Shown in pieces: positions 1-14,074 of a stretch of DNA of 64,000 bases. A program made the translations under genes and the position numbers. Origin of the DNA: Dendrobates tinctorius (taxonomy: Eukaryota); assembly GCF_039654945.1 (NCBI RefSeq), contig NW_027361766.1:26350001-26414000 (forward strand), read 5' to 3'. The notes under the pieces are model-generated. The model was not told the origin of the DNA and searched no databases. It saw only the letters and a list, made by a program, of their open reading frames with translations. How positions within the stretch are numbered: the first letter of the stretch is position 1; every line of letters begins with the position of its first letter.

Positions 1-64
1 GTTCCCTAATCCTGAGTGGTCTGAAGTATCGCCGGATGGTAGGAGGAATTTGTACTTTCCTTAA

Positions 65-281
65 AGAGAACCTGATACTTGCTGCCCAATCCTGGATTGG
101 TGGTCCGTTCTTTCTTCTGCAGCCACCGGGGACCCATCTGTCCTACTAGTCTCCAGCTCTGTCTCGGTCCACAGCAGTTATAAAAGTCTATGTTTATCGG
201 AAATGTTATCAAGTATACCTGGCTGAGTTCATACAGCCAGTGCCTGACTCCATGGATTGGGCAGCATATATCAGGTTCTCT
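65..281. mobile_element. Kolobok/T2-type MITE
   Basis: TTAA at 61-64, then AGAGAACCTGATA..GCTGCCCAATCC; inverted copy GGATTGGGCAGC..TATCAGGTTCTCT at 254-281 followed by TTAC (degenerate TTAA). Confidence 0.75.
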
Positions 282-408
282 TTACATATGTAACCTGTTA
301 GTATCCGTCAAGAATTGTTAAAGAATCTTTCACTAATTTTTTTTTCTTTTTTACTTTATCTGAGAGTAGCATGATGTAGGGACAAAGATCCTGATTTCAG
401 TGATGTTA

Positions 409-805
409 AGGTACTGTCACACTTAGCGATGTATCAACGATCCCGACCAGCGATATGACGCGGTCAGGATCGCTGGTACATCGCTAAGTGGTCGCTAGTG
501 AGCTGCCACACAGGCAGATCTCACCAGCGACATCGCAGGGGTCGGGGGTCGCTACTTACGTGTCAGACGAGGCGATGAAGACGTCCTCCCGCACGCGTCG
601 CTCGTCACAGCAGGAAGCCCCAGCAGGAAGCTGACGACGAGAAACAGTCCAGGACGTTCTCGCGTGATCAGCGATAACCAGCGGGGAAGCGGTTGGAGGT
701 AAGTATCAGACATAGCGATATCGCTAGCAATATCGCTATAACGTCACAAAAACCAGTGGTGATATAGCGATATTGCTAGCGATATCACTTAGTGTGACAG
801 GCCCT
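409..805. mobile_element. PIF/Harbinger-type MITE
   Basis: TIRs AGGTACTGTCACACTTAGCGAT / ATCACTTAGTGTGACAGGCCCT; 3-bp TSD TTA at 406-408 and 806-808; many subterminal AGCGAT/ATCGCT motifs. Confidence 0.8.
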
Positions 806-1325
806 TTACTTATTTTACTGTGTGCAGCAGTAGTAATAAAATCTGTTTTGTTTGTTTTTTTTTTTTTGCTTCAGATGTAGCGGTCCCTTTAAATGCTGAG
901 CTTTATCAGCTTGTTCCCACCACTGATTGACCGCTTTCTTTGTACACTGTACATTGACAGCTACCAATCAATGGTTGAGGTGTGGTTCACACAGAGCAGG
1001 AGGACTAGGAGACATGAGTAACCTAGTCCTGTAGTGATTAATCTCTTGCTGCTAAAATATGGAATGTATTGACACCGCACACAGCCCAGTAAGTGACACA
1101 TAACTGCAATCAGGCTCTCGGCCTCTACATAATGTTGCGCTCAGGTTACATTGTAACAATTTGCCGACATTCCCATTAGCACTACTGTGGTTATTGCAGA
1201 CTAAATAAATAAGCGACCCCAGCGAGATCTGCATCTGTTGAGAAATATTCCTATCCTGCATACGTGATATATAAATGGGATGATTGAATTTTCTACTTCT
1301 CTTCTTGACTATGGGAAAACTCTAA

Positions 1326-1568
<243 letters not shown>

Positions 1569-2246
1569 TGAATTTTGCACCTATTCCAAAATTTTTGCAA
1601 CGGTTACATGGCCGTTGGTCAACACTAGCATAAACAGGCTGCCTTATGGCTGGTAAACCTGGCCTGACAGCGGGTGGGAAGATCCACACTTTTCCCTTAA
1701 GCGTTACATAAGCGAAAAAGCTGCCCACAAATGCTGGTACGAGCCTGCAGGTCTCGCCAACCCCTGGAGTTTTGCATCATTACAGTTGGTGTCAGTGATG
1801 TAAATGGGTGCAAAATTTTGGAATAATTTCTATTACAGCTACCTACATGAATGTTCGGAATTGAACTAACAAGCTGACTATCTACAGCCACTAATAAAGG
1901 ATTTTTACTAGTTCTTTTTATTATTTCAGACATTATTAAATGAAGCCGATGGGCAGAGGAGGCCTTCATTAATTGCTCAGTCACTAGTCAATAGGACGTT
2001 TAAAGGGAACCTGTCATTTTGAAAATGGCGTCTGATTGGCAGGCTGCTGTAGAGCAGGAGGAGCTGATCCCATTAATAGACATTTTGTGGGAAATGCTTC
2101 AGGAAAACTTGTATTTTGTTCATTAAAGTCCCTGGTGTTTGTAGGCTTAGGAGTCCAGTGGACGGTCCTGTTCAGTAATGAACAGTCTTCCCTGTATGAC
2201 TGCATGCAGAGAGAGCTGTCAATCACAAGCCCACAGTATTCGTATA

Positions 2247-3880
<1,634 letters not shown>

Positions 3881-4246
3881 TACATGCAAACACCAGGGAA
3901 TTCAATTAAAGTACTGTTATACAGTGGCTTCTGAAAGTATTCACCCCCTTGGCTTTTTATCTATTTTGTTACTTTACAATCTGTGTTTATATATGTTTGG
4001 AATCTGATTTGTGTGTGATGCATCAGCACTAAATAGTCTAAGCTGGTAAAGTGAAGTTAGAAAAATATAGGTATAAATACAAAAATTTGCCATCAAATAA
4101 TGCATATGTATTCAATCCTTTTCTGCTATGAAGCCCCTTAAAATTTCTGGTGGAAGTAATTACCTTCATAAGGCACATGCTTAGTGAAAGGAAGTTTGCC
4201 TGTGTACTATTTAAGTATCACATGGTCTGTCAGTATATACACACCT

Positions 4247-7200
4247 TTTCTCCTTCGCCTCATTGGGGGACACAGATACTGTGGGTGTATGCTTCTGCCG
4301 CTAGGAGGCTGACACTAAGTGAAAAAAAGAGGTTAGCTCCTCCTCCGCCGATAACACCCTCGCCCCTATTGCGGGCTGAAATCAGTTTTTTGCTTAGTGT
4401 CCATGGAGGCACACGTCTGGCTTTTTTCTCCCAGACTTTTTTTTCTCTTTTCCCATGAAGATTGGAGAGAGGCAACGGATCCTATTGAAAGGGTCCGATC
4501 CCCCCCAAACCAACAGCGGGCGAGCACGTGCGAGTATCTGCTCCACGTATCCTCTCCTGCAACGAGGGACATGTCTGGTCTTTTTCCCCAGACTTTTTTT
4601 ATTTTTTCCATGAAGATGAAACGGGGGCAACGGATCCTATTGAAAGGGTCTGATATCCCCAAACCAACAACGGGAGAGCACGTGCGAGTGTCCCTCCACG
4701 TATCCTCTCCCGCGTCGTGGGACACTATACCGGACTTAGCCCTGACCACGCCAGGTATTGAAACCATGGGCTGTACAGAGGCACAAGACTAGTCCGTGCG
4801 GCCCCCACTGCGCCACCAATGCTTAGACTGCGGTGCTGCGAGGCGGCATACGGTCCCTCTCCTCACCCCCTGAAGGGGTTAGATGGAGCTAGGGTGCCTG
4901 CACCGTCCTTTTTTTTTTTTCCCAAGGCCCCCTCACATACCTGCGCTCAGGAAGCTGAAGAGGATCATCGGTGAGGAGAGGGTCTGGGAGGGCTCCTGCA
5001 AAGATCCGATGGCTGGAGCCCCCAGCCGGCGGAAGCCACCGGCCATGCCCCCCCTAGAGCGTTTTTTTTTTTTTTTTTATATGCTGGTGGCTCACTCCCA
5101 CAGCTGCTGGCGCGCGATTTGAAGGTTGAAATGTCCAGGACGGGGGCGCGAAGGACTGGGGTAAGTGCTGCCTGAGAGGCCTCGCTACAGGGAAAACGAG
5201 GTGCTACTTCCTTCCCCCTCCCCAGCAGCGGACAAAGCATGTCCGAAAAAGCAAAGTCGCACACGTTAATTTAGGCTACATGCATCTCTTGTCGGGGCTG
5301 CGTTTCCGCGGGCGCAGAGCAAGCGATTATGCGAAGCCTGCGAATCCCAACGCGCCCTGTAGCCCTCCCCTGCGACCGTGACCAATTTGTCGAATTCCCA
5401 GGAGTGGGCCCTATCACTGTCACAGTCCATGGCGTCGCTTACGAGAGCAATAGTCCCTTCAAGCCCCAGATAGAAGCAGGGACAATGGCTCGCTTACCTT
5501 AGAGGGGTCCTCCACCTCACAAGAGCCTCCGGCCTGCAGGGGCCGCTCTCACTCCAAGCAGACCCAGAGGAAACGAATCCACACGGTGTCGCCCAGTCCA
5601 TCCGGTGCCTTGGCATCCGTAAGCTCCGCTTCTCGCTCCCCGTCACCAGTGGTTGATAGCAAGCAGACCTCAGATTGCGACTCAGACGAGCCCCTTGACC
5701 TGGACACTCCAGGGTCACGTGAAACGGGACAGCCTCATAGAAGCCGTCATTCAGACCCTGGGGATTGAGGATGATCCCGCAGTGGCTACGGGGCATAAAG
5801 TGGCACTTAAGCGAGTGAAGCGCCCGCACAGAATTTTTTCCCTCACCCGGAGTTTGAGGACATAGTGCAGCGGCACAGAGAACGTCCAGACAGGCGTTTC
5901 TCGGGTCAAAAGGCACTCGAAACAGGGTATCCGTTTGCTCCGGACCTCCTTAAAAAAATAGATGGAATCCCCGATGGTGGATCCACCGGTTTTCGCGCCT
6001 AGCCACTAAAACCCTTTTATCCGCACCTAGTGTGTCCTATATTAAGGATCCCACGGATCGCCTCATAGAGAGCTTAGCTCACTCAGTATATGAGGCGTCA
6101 GGCTCAGCTTTCGCTCCTTCGTTCGCAGCAACTTGGGTAGCCAAGGCTGTGATCTCATGGTCAGAATCATTAAACAAGGTAGTGCAGGAGTGAGATCTAC
6201 CTGCAGAAATATCGGAGGTCGCGAGTCAGATGGGGATGGCCAGTGACCATATAATCAATGCATCTTTGGATGCGGCCAATTGCTCGGCACTTGCTGCCGC
6301 TAATGCAATTTTCTATCAGAAGAGCTCTATGGTTAAGGACATGGCGAGCCGATTCTACTTCCAAGAAGTCCTTGACTTCCCTGCCTTATCAGTTCGGCCG
6401 GCTATTTTGATAAAGCCAACCCATTGGGGAGAATGTGTACTCAACAGCCCAGATCGAGGGCATCCAGATCCCAAAGATTGTCAGCCAAATGACTTGAGGC
6501 GCTTGCCAGACGACCCAAGCAAGATGGGCGGTCGCTTTGGTTTCACCACGTCTGGGTCAAGGTCGCACACGACGCATGGGTAAAGGAGTTGTGGCTTCAG
6601 ATTACAAAATAGAATTTGTCAGATACCCTCCAAGGTGTTTGTGTGTGTGTGGTTGTTTTTTTTTTTTTTTTTTTTCTGTCTCGTCGGCCCAGGGTGGATA
6701 CCCAGGCAAAGACTCTGTTATGAGCCATCAAATCGCTCCAGCAAAACGGAGTCATTGTTCCAGTGCCGGAACACGAAAGAGCTCAGGGCTTCTATTCCAA
6801 CCTGTTTGCGGGTCCCAAAAAGGATGGATCTGTCAGGCCTGTTTTGGACCTGAAGCTTCTAAACAAAGTCAGCAGGATCAGACATTTCCGGATGGAGTGT
6901 CTCCGTTCAGTCATATCGGCCATGGAGCAGGGAGAATACTTGGCCTCGCTCGACATCCAGGACGCATATCTGCTTAATCCCATTTTTCCTCCTCATCAGA
7001 GGTTCCTATGTTTCGACGACCTCTTGGTCAAGGGCCCGTCAATACGGGCATGCGAGGAAAATGTCAGCATCACGCTAGATACTCTTGCCCGCTTAGGGTG
7101 GTTGGTCAATGCGAAGAAGTCATCTCTTGTGCCAGCTCAGAAGATTTCCTTCCTAGGAATGATCTGTGACACTAGCTGAGGGTCGGTTATTCTCCCTCAG

Positions 7201-9375
7201 GAAAAAGTGCTACCTCTCCGGCAGGGAGTCTGGACACTTCGCCAACCAGTCCCTCATACCATCCGTCCCGGATGAGGATTCTAGGGAAAATGGTGGCAGC
7301 AGTGGAAGCGATACCTTTCGCCCAGTTCCATCTTCGCCCCCTGCAGCACGTCCTCTTGTCAGCCTGGGACAAGAATCCTTTCACGCTCGATCGGCGGTGC
7401 CGACTGTCCTCTCAAGTCAGGCAGTCGCTCGGATGGTGGTTAACCAGTTCCTCTCTGACCCAGGGGAAATCTTTCTCCCCAGACCATTGGTTGGTGACGA
7501 CAACCGATGCCAGTCTCCTCGGCTGGGGAGCGGTGTTTCGCCACCACACAACCTAGCGACGGTGGTCGCCACAGGAGGCACGGCTCCCGATCAACTTATT
7601 AGAGAGACAAGCAATTCGACTGGCCCGGCAAAGGTTTCATCGCTTTCTAGCAGGCCGCCCTGTCCGAATTCAATCGGATATCGCCACGGCGGTGGCTTAC
7701 ATAAATCACCAAGGGGGCACCCGCAGCAGAGCAACCATGTGCAAGGTGGGGCACGTTCTTCAGTGGGACGAAGCAAACCACTCTGGTGATTTCGACTGTA
7801 CGCATCCCAGGCGTGGAAAATTGGGCGGCAGAGTTTCTTAGCCCGCAGGGTCTTGCTTCCGGAGAGTGGTCTCTACATCCCGAAGTCTTCCAGCAGATTT
7901 GTCAGCTGTGGGGAACTCCAGACGTGGACCTGATGGCATCCAGAGTGAACACCAAGGTGCCCACATGTCGCTCGGGCCAGGGACCCGCAGGAAATCGCTG
8001 TGGAAGCGTTGGTTCTGCCATGGAACCAGTTTCACCTCCCATATCTTTCCCCCGCTGCCTCTACTGCCGAGGGTCATCAAGAAGGTCAAGACAGATGAGG
8101 TGCTGGCCCCAGACTGGCCCCGTCGAGCGTGGTACGCAGATCTAATGCAGCTGCTCGCCGACGTTCCTTGGCTCCTGCCAGAGCGCCCAGATCTACTTTC
8201 TCAAGAAGTGATTTGCCACCCGAACTCGGGGGGGGGCCCTGTGTTTGATGGCATGGCCGTTGAATCTTGGATTCTAACCCAGGCAGGGTTTGGGAGCAGG
8301 GTGGTTGCCACAATGGTTAGCGCCCGGAAGCCTGCTTCAGCACGAATTTACCACCACACCTGGAAGGTGTTCTTTGCTTGGTGTCGAGGCCGCGTTGTTT
8401 CTCCGCTGAGATTCTCGATCCCCAACATCTTGGCTTTTCTCCAGTTGGGCCTAGACTCGGTCTTGGCCCCAATTTCCCTCAGGAGACAAAAATCGGCCTT
8501 ATCCGTCCTGTTCCAGCGCAGAGTTGCGACCAATTTGCAGGTGAAGACTTTCATCCAGGGGATCTCCCACTTGGTACCTCCCTATAAGGCGCCTATGGAC
8601 GGACACGCTGTTCGTGCTCCCCGAGGGGCGCAGGAAGGGACTCGCTGTCTCAAAATCGACCATAGCCAGATTCATTTGACTATTCAGGAGTCCTACCGCA
8701 TTAGAGGTACGCCGGTTCCAGCAGGGATCAGAGCGCACTCTACTCAGGCAGTGGGCGCCTTTTGGGCGCTTCAGCACCAGGCTTCGACGGAGGAGGTTTG
8801 CAAGGCAGCAACCTGGTCCAGCCTGCACACATTTGCCAAACATTATAATATCCATACTCAGGCCTCAGCGGATGTGAGCCTGGGTAGAAGGTTTCTCCAA
8901 GCAGCGGTGGCGCACCTTTTAAACAAGAGGTGCATGTAGCTTGGATCGTTGAGTCAATCTCCCACCCAGGGACTGCTTTAGGACATCCCACAGTATCTGT
9001 GTCCCCCAATGAGGCGAAGGAGAAACATGAATTTTTGTGATAACTCACCGTAAAATCCTTTTCTCCGAGACGCTCATTGGGGGGACACAGCACCCACCCT
9101 ATTAGCCAGTTGGCTCTTGTTTTGTTAATTTTACTTGATATAAGGGTGGTGTTATTTGGACATGTTGTACCTGATTTTGTTGTCCTCCTACTGCTTTGGC
9201 ACCAAACTGATTTCCGCCCGCAATAGGGGCGAGGGTGTATACGGCGGAGGAGGAGCTAACCTCTTTTTTTCACTTAGTGTCAGCCTTCTAGCGGCAGAAG
9301 CATACACCCACAGTATCTCTGTCCCCCAACGAGCGTCTCGGATTTTACGGTGAGTTATCAAAAAAATCCATGTTT
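4247..9375 (+). mobile_element. DIRS-like tyrosine-recombinase retrotransposon (copy 1, decayed)
   Basis: Inverted terminal repeats (4247-4390 vs ~9200-9330); internal complementary region 8987-9090 joining reverse complements of both termini; RT fragment (LDIQDAYL, with an internal deletion before DDLLV), RNase H (TTDAS), methyltransferase-like segment and YR (AHSTQA..TFAKHY) remnants; TTT termini, no TSD. Confidence 0.93.
4415..4710 (+). repeat. 158-bp tandem duplication in the 5' leader of DIRS copy 1
   Basis: Copies start at 4415 and 4573 (GTCTGG..CCCAGACTTTT..CGGATCCTATTGAAAGGGTC..CACGTATCCTCTCC). Confidence 0.85.
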
Positions 9376-10230
9376 CTGAAAGGCCACAACACCATTAAGC
9401 AAGAGGCACCACTAACCAAACACCATGAAGACCAAAGAGATCTCTAAACAAATCAGTGACAAAGTTTTTGAGAAATAAGTCAAGGTTGATTTATGAAAAA
9501 ATATCCCAAACTCTGATCCACCTGAGAACCATCAAATCCATTATCAAATGGAAAGAACATGGTACCACAACAAGTCTGCCAAGACAGGGCCGCCCACCAA
9601 AACTCTAAGCTCGGGCAAGGAGGACTTTAATCAGAGAGGCAGAACAGAGATCAAAGGTAACCCTGAAAGAGCTGCACAGTTCCCAGGCAGAGACTGGAGT
9701 ATTCGGCCATACGACCACAATAAACCATACACTAAATAGAGGTGTCCTTTATGGAAAAGTGGGCAGGAAAAAGACTTTACACACAAAAATTGTAAAGCTC
9801 ATTTTTAGAGTTGAGCGATACCAGCCGATACTTGAAAATATCGGATCGGAATGGATCGGCCGATCTTTAAAAAAAGTATCGGTATCGCCGATTCCGATAC
9901 CGGGAACCAATGCAAGTCAATGGGGCCAAAATATCGGAATTAAAAAAAACCCTTTCTTTCCTTGTAGGTTAATTCTACATGAAGAAAAACAACTAAGAAT
10001 AATGTAGAATGTATTGTGGGAGGTGGAGGAGACATTAAAGCCATAGAGGTTTAGCCCAATCAAATGGAATAGCAGGAATTAATTTTTTTTTTTAAAGATG
10101 TTAGGAGTTACAAAGATATTGACTATGTTAGCCTCATTTATATTTTGCCAGACATGTATGTCTTCTTCTTCTTCTACTTCCTTTTTTTACCTTCTTCTTC
10201 TTCTACTTCCTTTTTTTACCTTCTTCTTCT

Positions 10231-10892
10231 NNNNNNNNNNNNNNNNNNNNNNNNNNNNNNNNNNNNNNNNNNNNNNNNNNNNNNNNNNNNNNNNNNNNNN
10301 NNNNNNNNNNNNNNNNNNNNNNNNNNNNNNNNNNNNNNNNNNNNNNNNNNNNNNNNNNNNNNNNNNNNNNNNNNNNNNNNNNNNNNNNNNNNNNNNNNNN
10401 NNNNNNNNNNNNNNNNNNNNNNNNNNNNNNNNNNNNNNNNNNNNNNNNNNNNNNNNNNNNNNNNNNNNNNNNNNNNNNNNNNNNNNNNNNNNNNNNNNNN
10501 NNNNNNNNNNNNNNNNNNNNNNNNNNNNNNNNNNNNNNNNNNNNNNNNNNNNNNNNNNNNNNNNNNNNNNNNNNNNNNNNNNNNNNNNNNNNNNNNNNNN
10601 NNNNNNNNNNNNNNNNNNNNNNNNNNNNNNNNNNNNNNNNNNNNNNNNNNNNNNNNNNNNNNNNNNNNNNNNNNNNNNNNNNNNNNNNNNNNNNNNNNNN
10701 NNNNNNNNNNNNNNNNNNNNNNNNNNNNNNNNNNNNNNNNNNNNNNNNNNNNNNNNNNNNNNNNNNNNNNNNNNNNNNNNNNNNNNNNNNNNNNNNNNNN
10801 NNNNNNNNNNNNNNNNNNNNNNNNNNNNNNNNNNNNNNNNNNNNNNNNNNNNNNNNNNNNNNNNNNNNNNNNNNNNNNNNNNNNNNNNNNNN
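10231..10892. other. Assembly gap (N run) inside the hAT element
   Basis: Run of N. Confidence 1.
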
Positions 10893-13800
10893 ACAGAGCA
10901 GGCGACATTGCCGGACACACATCAGGGGATTAACTGACCAGACTGAACACCTGTAACACAGGAACAAGTGTGGATTGTGCAGACGCCACTTCGGAGCTGT
11001 AACTGGCGGGGTTGGAGGACAGGGGAAATACGAGAGACAGTGGAGCCACAGGCCTAATTGGAGCACGGTTAAAAATCAGTAGTGGTACGACTGTGTAGGC
11101 AGCAGGAGACTTTGCCATCCACACAGCAGGGGATCAGCTGACATTACTGAACCCCACTGAGACACGGGAGCAAGTATCTCTTTCCGTGTGGACGGCACTT
11201 CCGAACTACAACTGGCTGTGTTGAAGCCCAGGAAATAGGAGGGTGTAGGCAGAGGCCTACTGTATTTTGAATGAGGTGACAGCAGGAGAGACTGCCATCC
11301 ACACAGCAGGGGATCAGCTGACATTACTGAACCCCACTGAGACACGGGAGCAAGTATCTCTTTCCGTGTGGACGGCACTTCCGAACTACAACTGGCTGTG
11401 TTGAAGCCCAGGAAATAGGAGGGTGTAGGCAGAGGCCTACTGTATTTTGAATGAGGTGACAGCAGGAGAGACTGCCATCCACACAGCAGGGGATCAGCTG
11501 ACGTTACTGAACCCCACTGAGACACGGGAGCAAGTATCTCTTTCCGTGTGGACGGCACTTCCGAACTACAACTGGCTGTGTTGAAGCCCAGGAAATAGGA
11601 GGGTGTAGGCAGAGGCCTACTGTATTTTGAATGAGTTTACAGCAGGAGAGACTGCCATCCACACAGCAGGGGATCAGCTGACGTTACTGAACCCCACTGA
11701 GACACGGGAGCAAGTATCTCTTTCCGTGTGGACGGCACTTCCGAACTACAACTGGCTGTGTTGAAGCCAAGGAAATAGGAGGGTGTACGCAGAGGACTAC
11801 TGTATTTTGAATGAGGTGACAGCAGGAGAGACTGCCATCCACACAGCAGGGGATCAGCTGACGTTACTGAACCCCACTGAGACACGGGAGCAAGTATCTC
11901 TTTCCGTGTGGACGGCACTTCCGAACTACAACTGGCTGTGTTGAAGCCCAGGAAATAGGAGGGTGTAGGCAGAGGCCTACTGTATTTTGAATGAGTTTAC
12001 AGCAGGAGAGACTGCCATCCACACAGCAGGGGATCAGCTGACTTACTTGCTCCCGTGTCTCAGTGGGGTTCAGTAATGTCAGCTGATCCCCTGCTGTGTG
12101 GACGGCAGTCTCTCCTGCTGTCACCTCATTCAAAATACAGTAGGCCTCTGCCTACACCCTCCTATTTCCTGGGCTTCAACACAGCCAGTTGTAGTTCGGA
12201 AGTGCCGTCCACACGGAAAGAGATACTTGCTCCCGTGTCTCAGTGGGGTTCAGTTATCTCTTTCCGTGTGGACGGCACTTCCGAACTACAACTGGCTGTG
12301 TTGAAGCCCAGGAAATAGGAGGGTGTAGGCAGAGGCCTACTGTCTTTGTAATGCGGAGACAGCAGGAGAGACTGCCATCTCCACAGCAGGGGATCAGCTG
12401 GCAATGATGAACCCCACTAACACTTTAACGAATGTGTTTGGCTCTGTGGAGACGACACTTCTGAACACCAACTGACGCTGTTGGAGCCCAGGATTAGGCG
12501 AGGAGCAGGCTGTGGCCTACTGGATTTTGGCACGTGAAGGCAGCAGGAGACTTGCCATCTCCACAGCAGGGGAACAGCTGGCAGTGCTGAACCCCACTAA
12601 CACTCTAACGAAGGTGTTTGGCTCTGTGGAGACGACACTTCTGAACACCAACTGACGCTGTTGGAGCCCAGGATTAGGCGAGGAGCAGGCTGGGGCCTAC
12701 TGGATTTTGGCAGGTGAAGGCAGCAGGAGACTTGCCATCTCCACAGCAGGGGAACAGCTGGCAGTGCTGAACCCCACTAACACTCTAACGAAGGTGTTTG
12801 GCTCTGTGGAGACGACACTTCTGAACACCAACTGACGCTGTTGGAGCCCAGGATTAGGCGAGGAGCAGGCTGGGGCCAACTGGATTTTGGCAGGTGAAGG
12901 CAGCAGGAGACTTGCCATCTCCACAGCAGGGGAACAGCTGGCAGTGCTGAACCCCACTAACACTCTAACGAAGGTGTTTGGCTCTGTGGAGACGACACTT
13001 CTGAACACCAACTGACGCTGTTGGAGCCCAGGATTAGGCGAGGAGCAGGCTGGGGCCTACTGGATTTTGGCAGGTGAAGGCAGCAGGAGACTTGCCATCT
13101 CCACAGCAGGGGAACAGCTGGCAGTGCTGAACCCCACTAACACTCTAACGAAGGTGTTTGGCTCTGTGGAGACGACACTTCTGAACACCAACTGACGCTG
13201 TTGGAGCCCAGGATTAGGCGAGGAGCAGGCTGGGGCCTACTGGATTTTGGCAGGTGAAGGCAGCAGGAGACTTGCCATCTCCACAGCAGGGGAACAGCTG
13301 GCAGTGCTGAACCCCACTAACACTCTAACGAATGTGTTTGGCTCTGTGGAGACGACACTTCTGAACACCAACTGAAGCTGTTGGAGCCCAGGATTACGCA
13401 TGCCGCATGCAGAGGCCAATGGGCAGCGGTTTTTATGGAGGTTGTGGACTACTACTGATTCTAACCATGCTCCACTTAGGCCTCTGGCTCCACTGTCTCT
13501 ATTTACCCTGGCCTCCAACCCCGCCAGCTACATCTCTGAAGTGGCGTCAGCACAATCTACACTTGTTCCTGTGTTACTGGTGCTCAGTCCCGTCAGTTGA
13601 TCCCCTGATGTTTGTCCGGCAAGTTCGCCAGCTCTGTCCTCATTCCCACTATTGGTTATGGGAATGTGGACAGAGCAGGAGACCTTGCCGGACACACATC
13701 AGGGGATAAACTGATGGGACTGAGCCACAGGAACACAGGAACAAGTGTAGATTGTGCTGACGCCACTTCAGAGATGTAGATGGCGGGGTTGGAGGTCAGG

Positions 13801-14010
13801 GGAAATAGTAGAGACAGTGGAGCCAGAGACCTAAGTTGGGCACGGTTAAAAATCAGTAGTGGTTTGAATGTTGATGGAGCTGGTGACTTTGCCGTCCACA
13901 CAGCAGGGGATCAGCTGGCATTACTGAACCCCACTAACACAGGAGCTAGTGTGTTTCTCTGTGCAGACGACACATCTGAGCGACAACTGGCTGTGTTGAA
14001 GCAAAGGGAT
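10893..14010. repeat. 180-bp satellite array inside the hAT (subfamily A ~11100-12350, subfamily B ~12360-13395, diverged flanking monomers, two inverted segments)
   Basis: Exact 180-bp period visible (e.g. AGCAGGAGAGACTGCCATCC at 11281, 11461, 11641, 11821, 12001; CAGCAGGAGACTTGCCATCT at 12541, 12721, 12901, 13081, 13261). Confidence 0.95.
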
Positions 14011-14074
14011 TATAGTTCAGGTGGTAGAAAAATGAACACACCAGCAGACCTGGATACAGTTGCCAACCACTAAT

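Noticed and set aside
7866-8939. 357-aa ORF in DIRS copy 1
   Set aside because: Chimeric across the MT-like and YR frames, with an internal deletion of YR; not a real protein.
10098-11066. Long ORFs of 234-287 aa
   Set aside because: They consist of X residues across the N gap.
11076-13518. Repetitive 60-aa ORFs in the 180-bp satellite; also considered as a CRISPR-like array
   Set aside because: The open frame differs between subfamilies A and B and contains stops. Units are wholly repeated with no unique spacers, there are no cas genes, and the context is eukaryotic.
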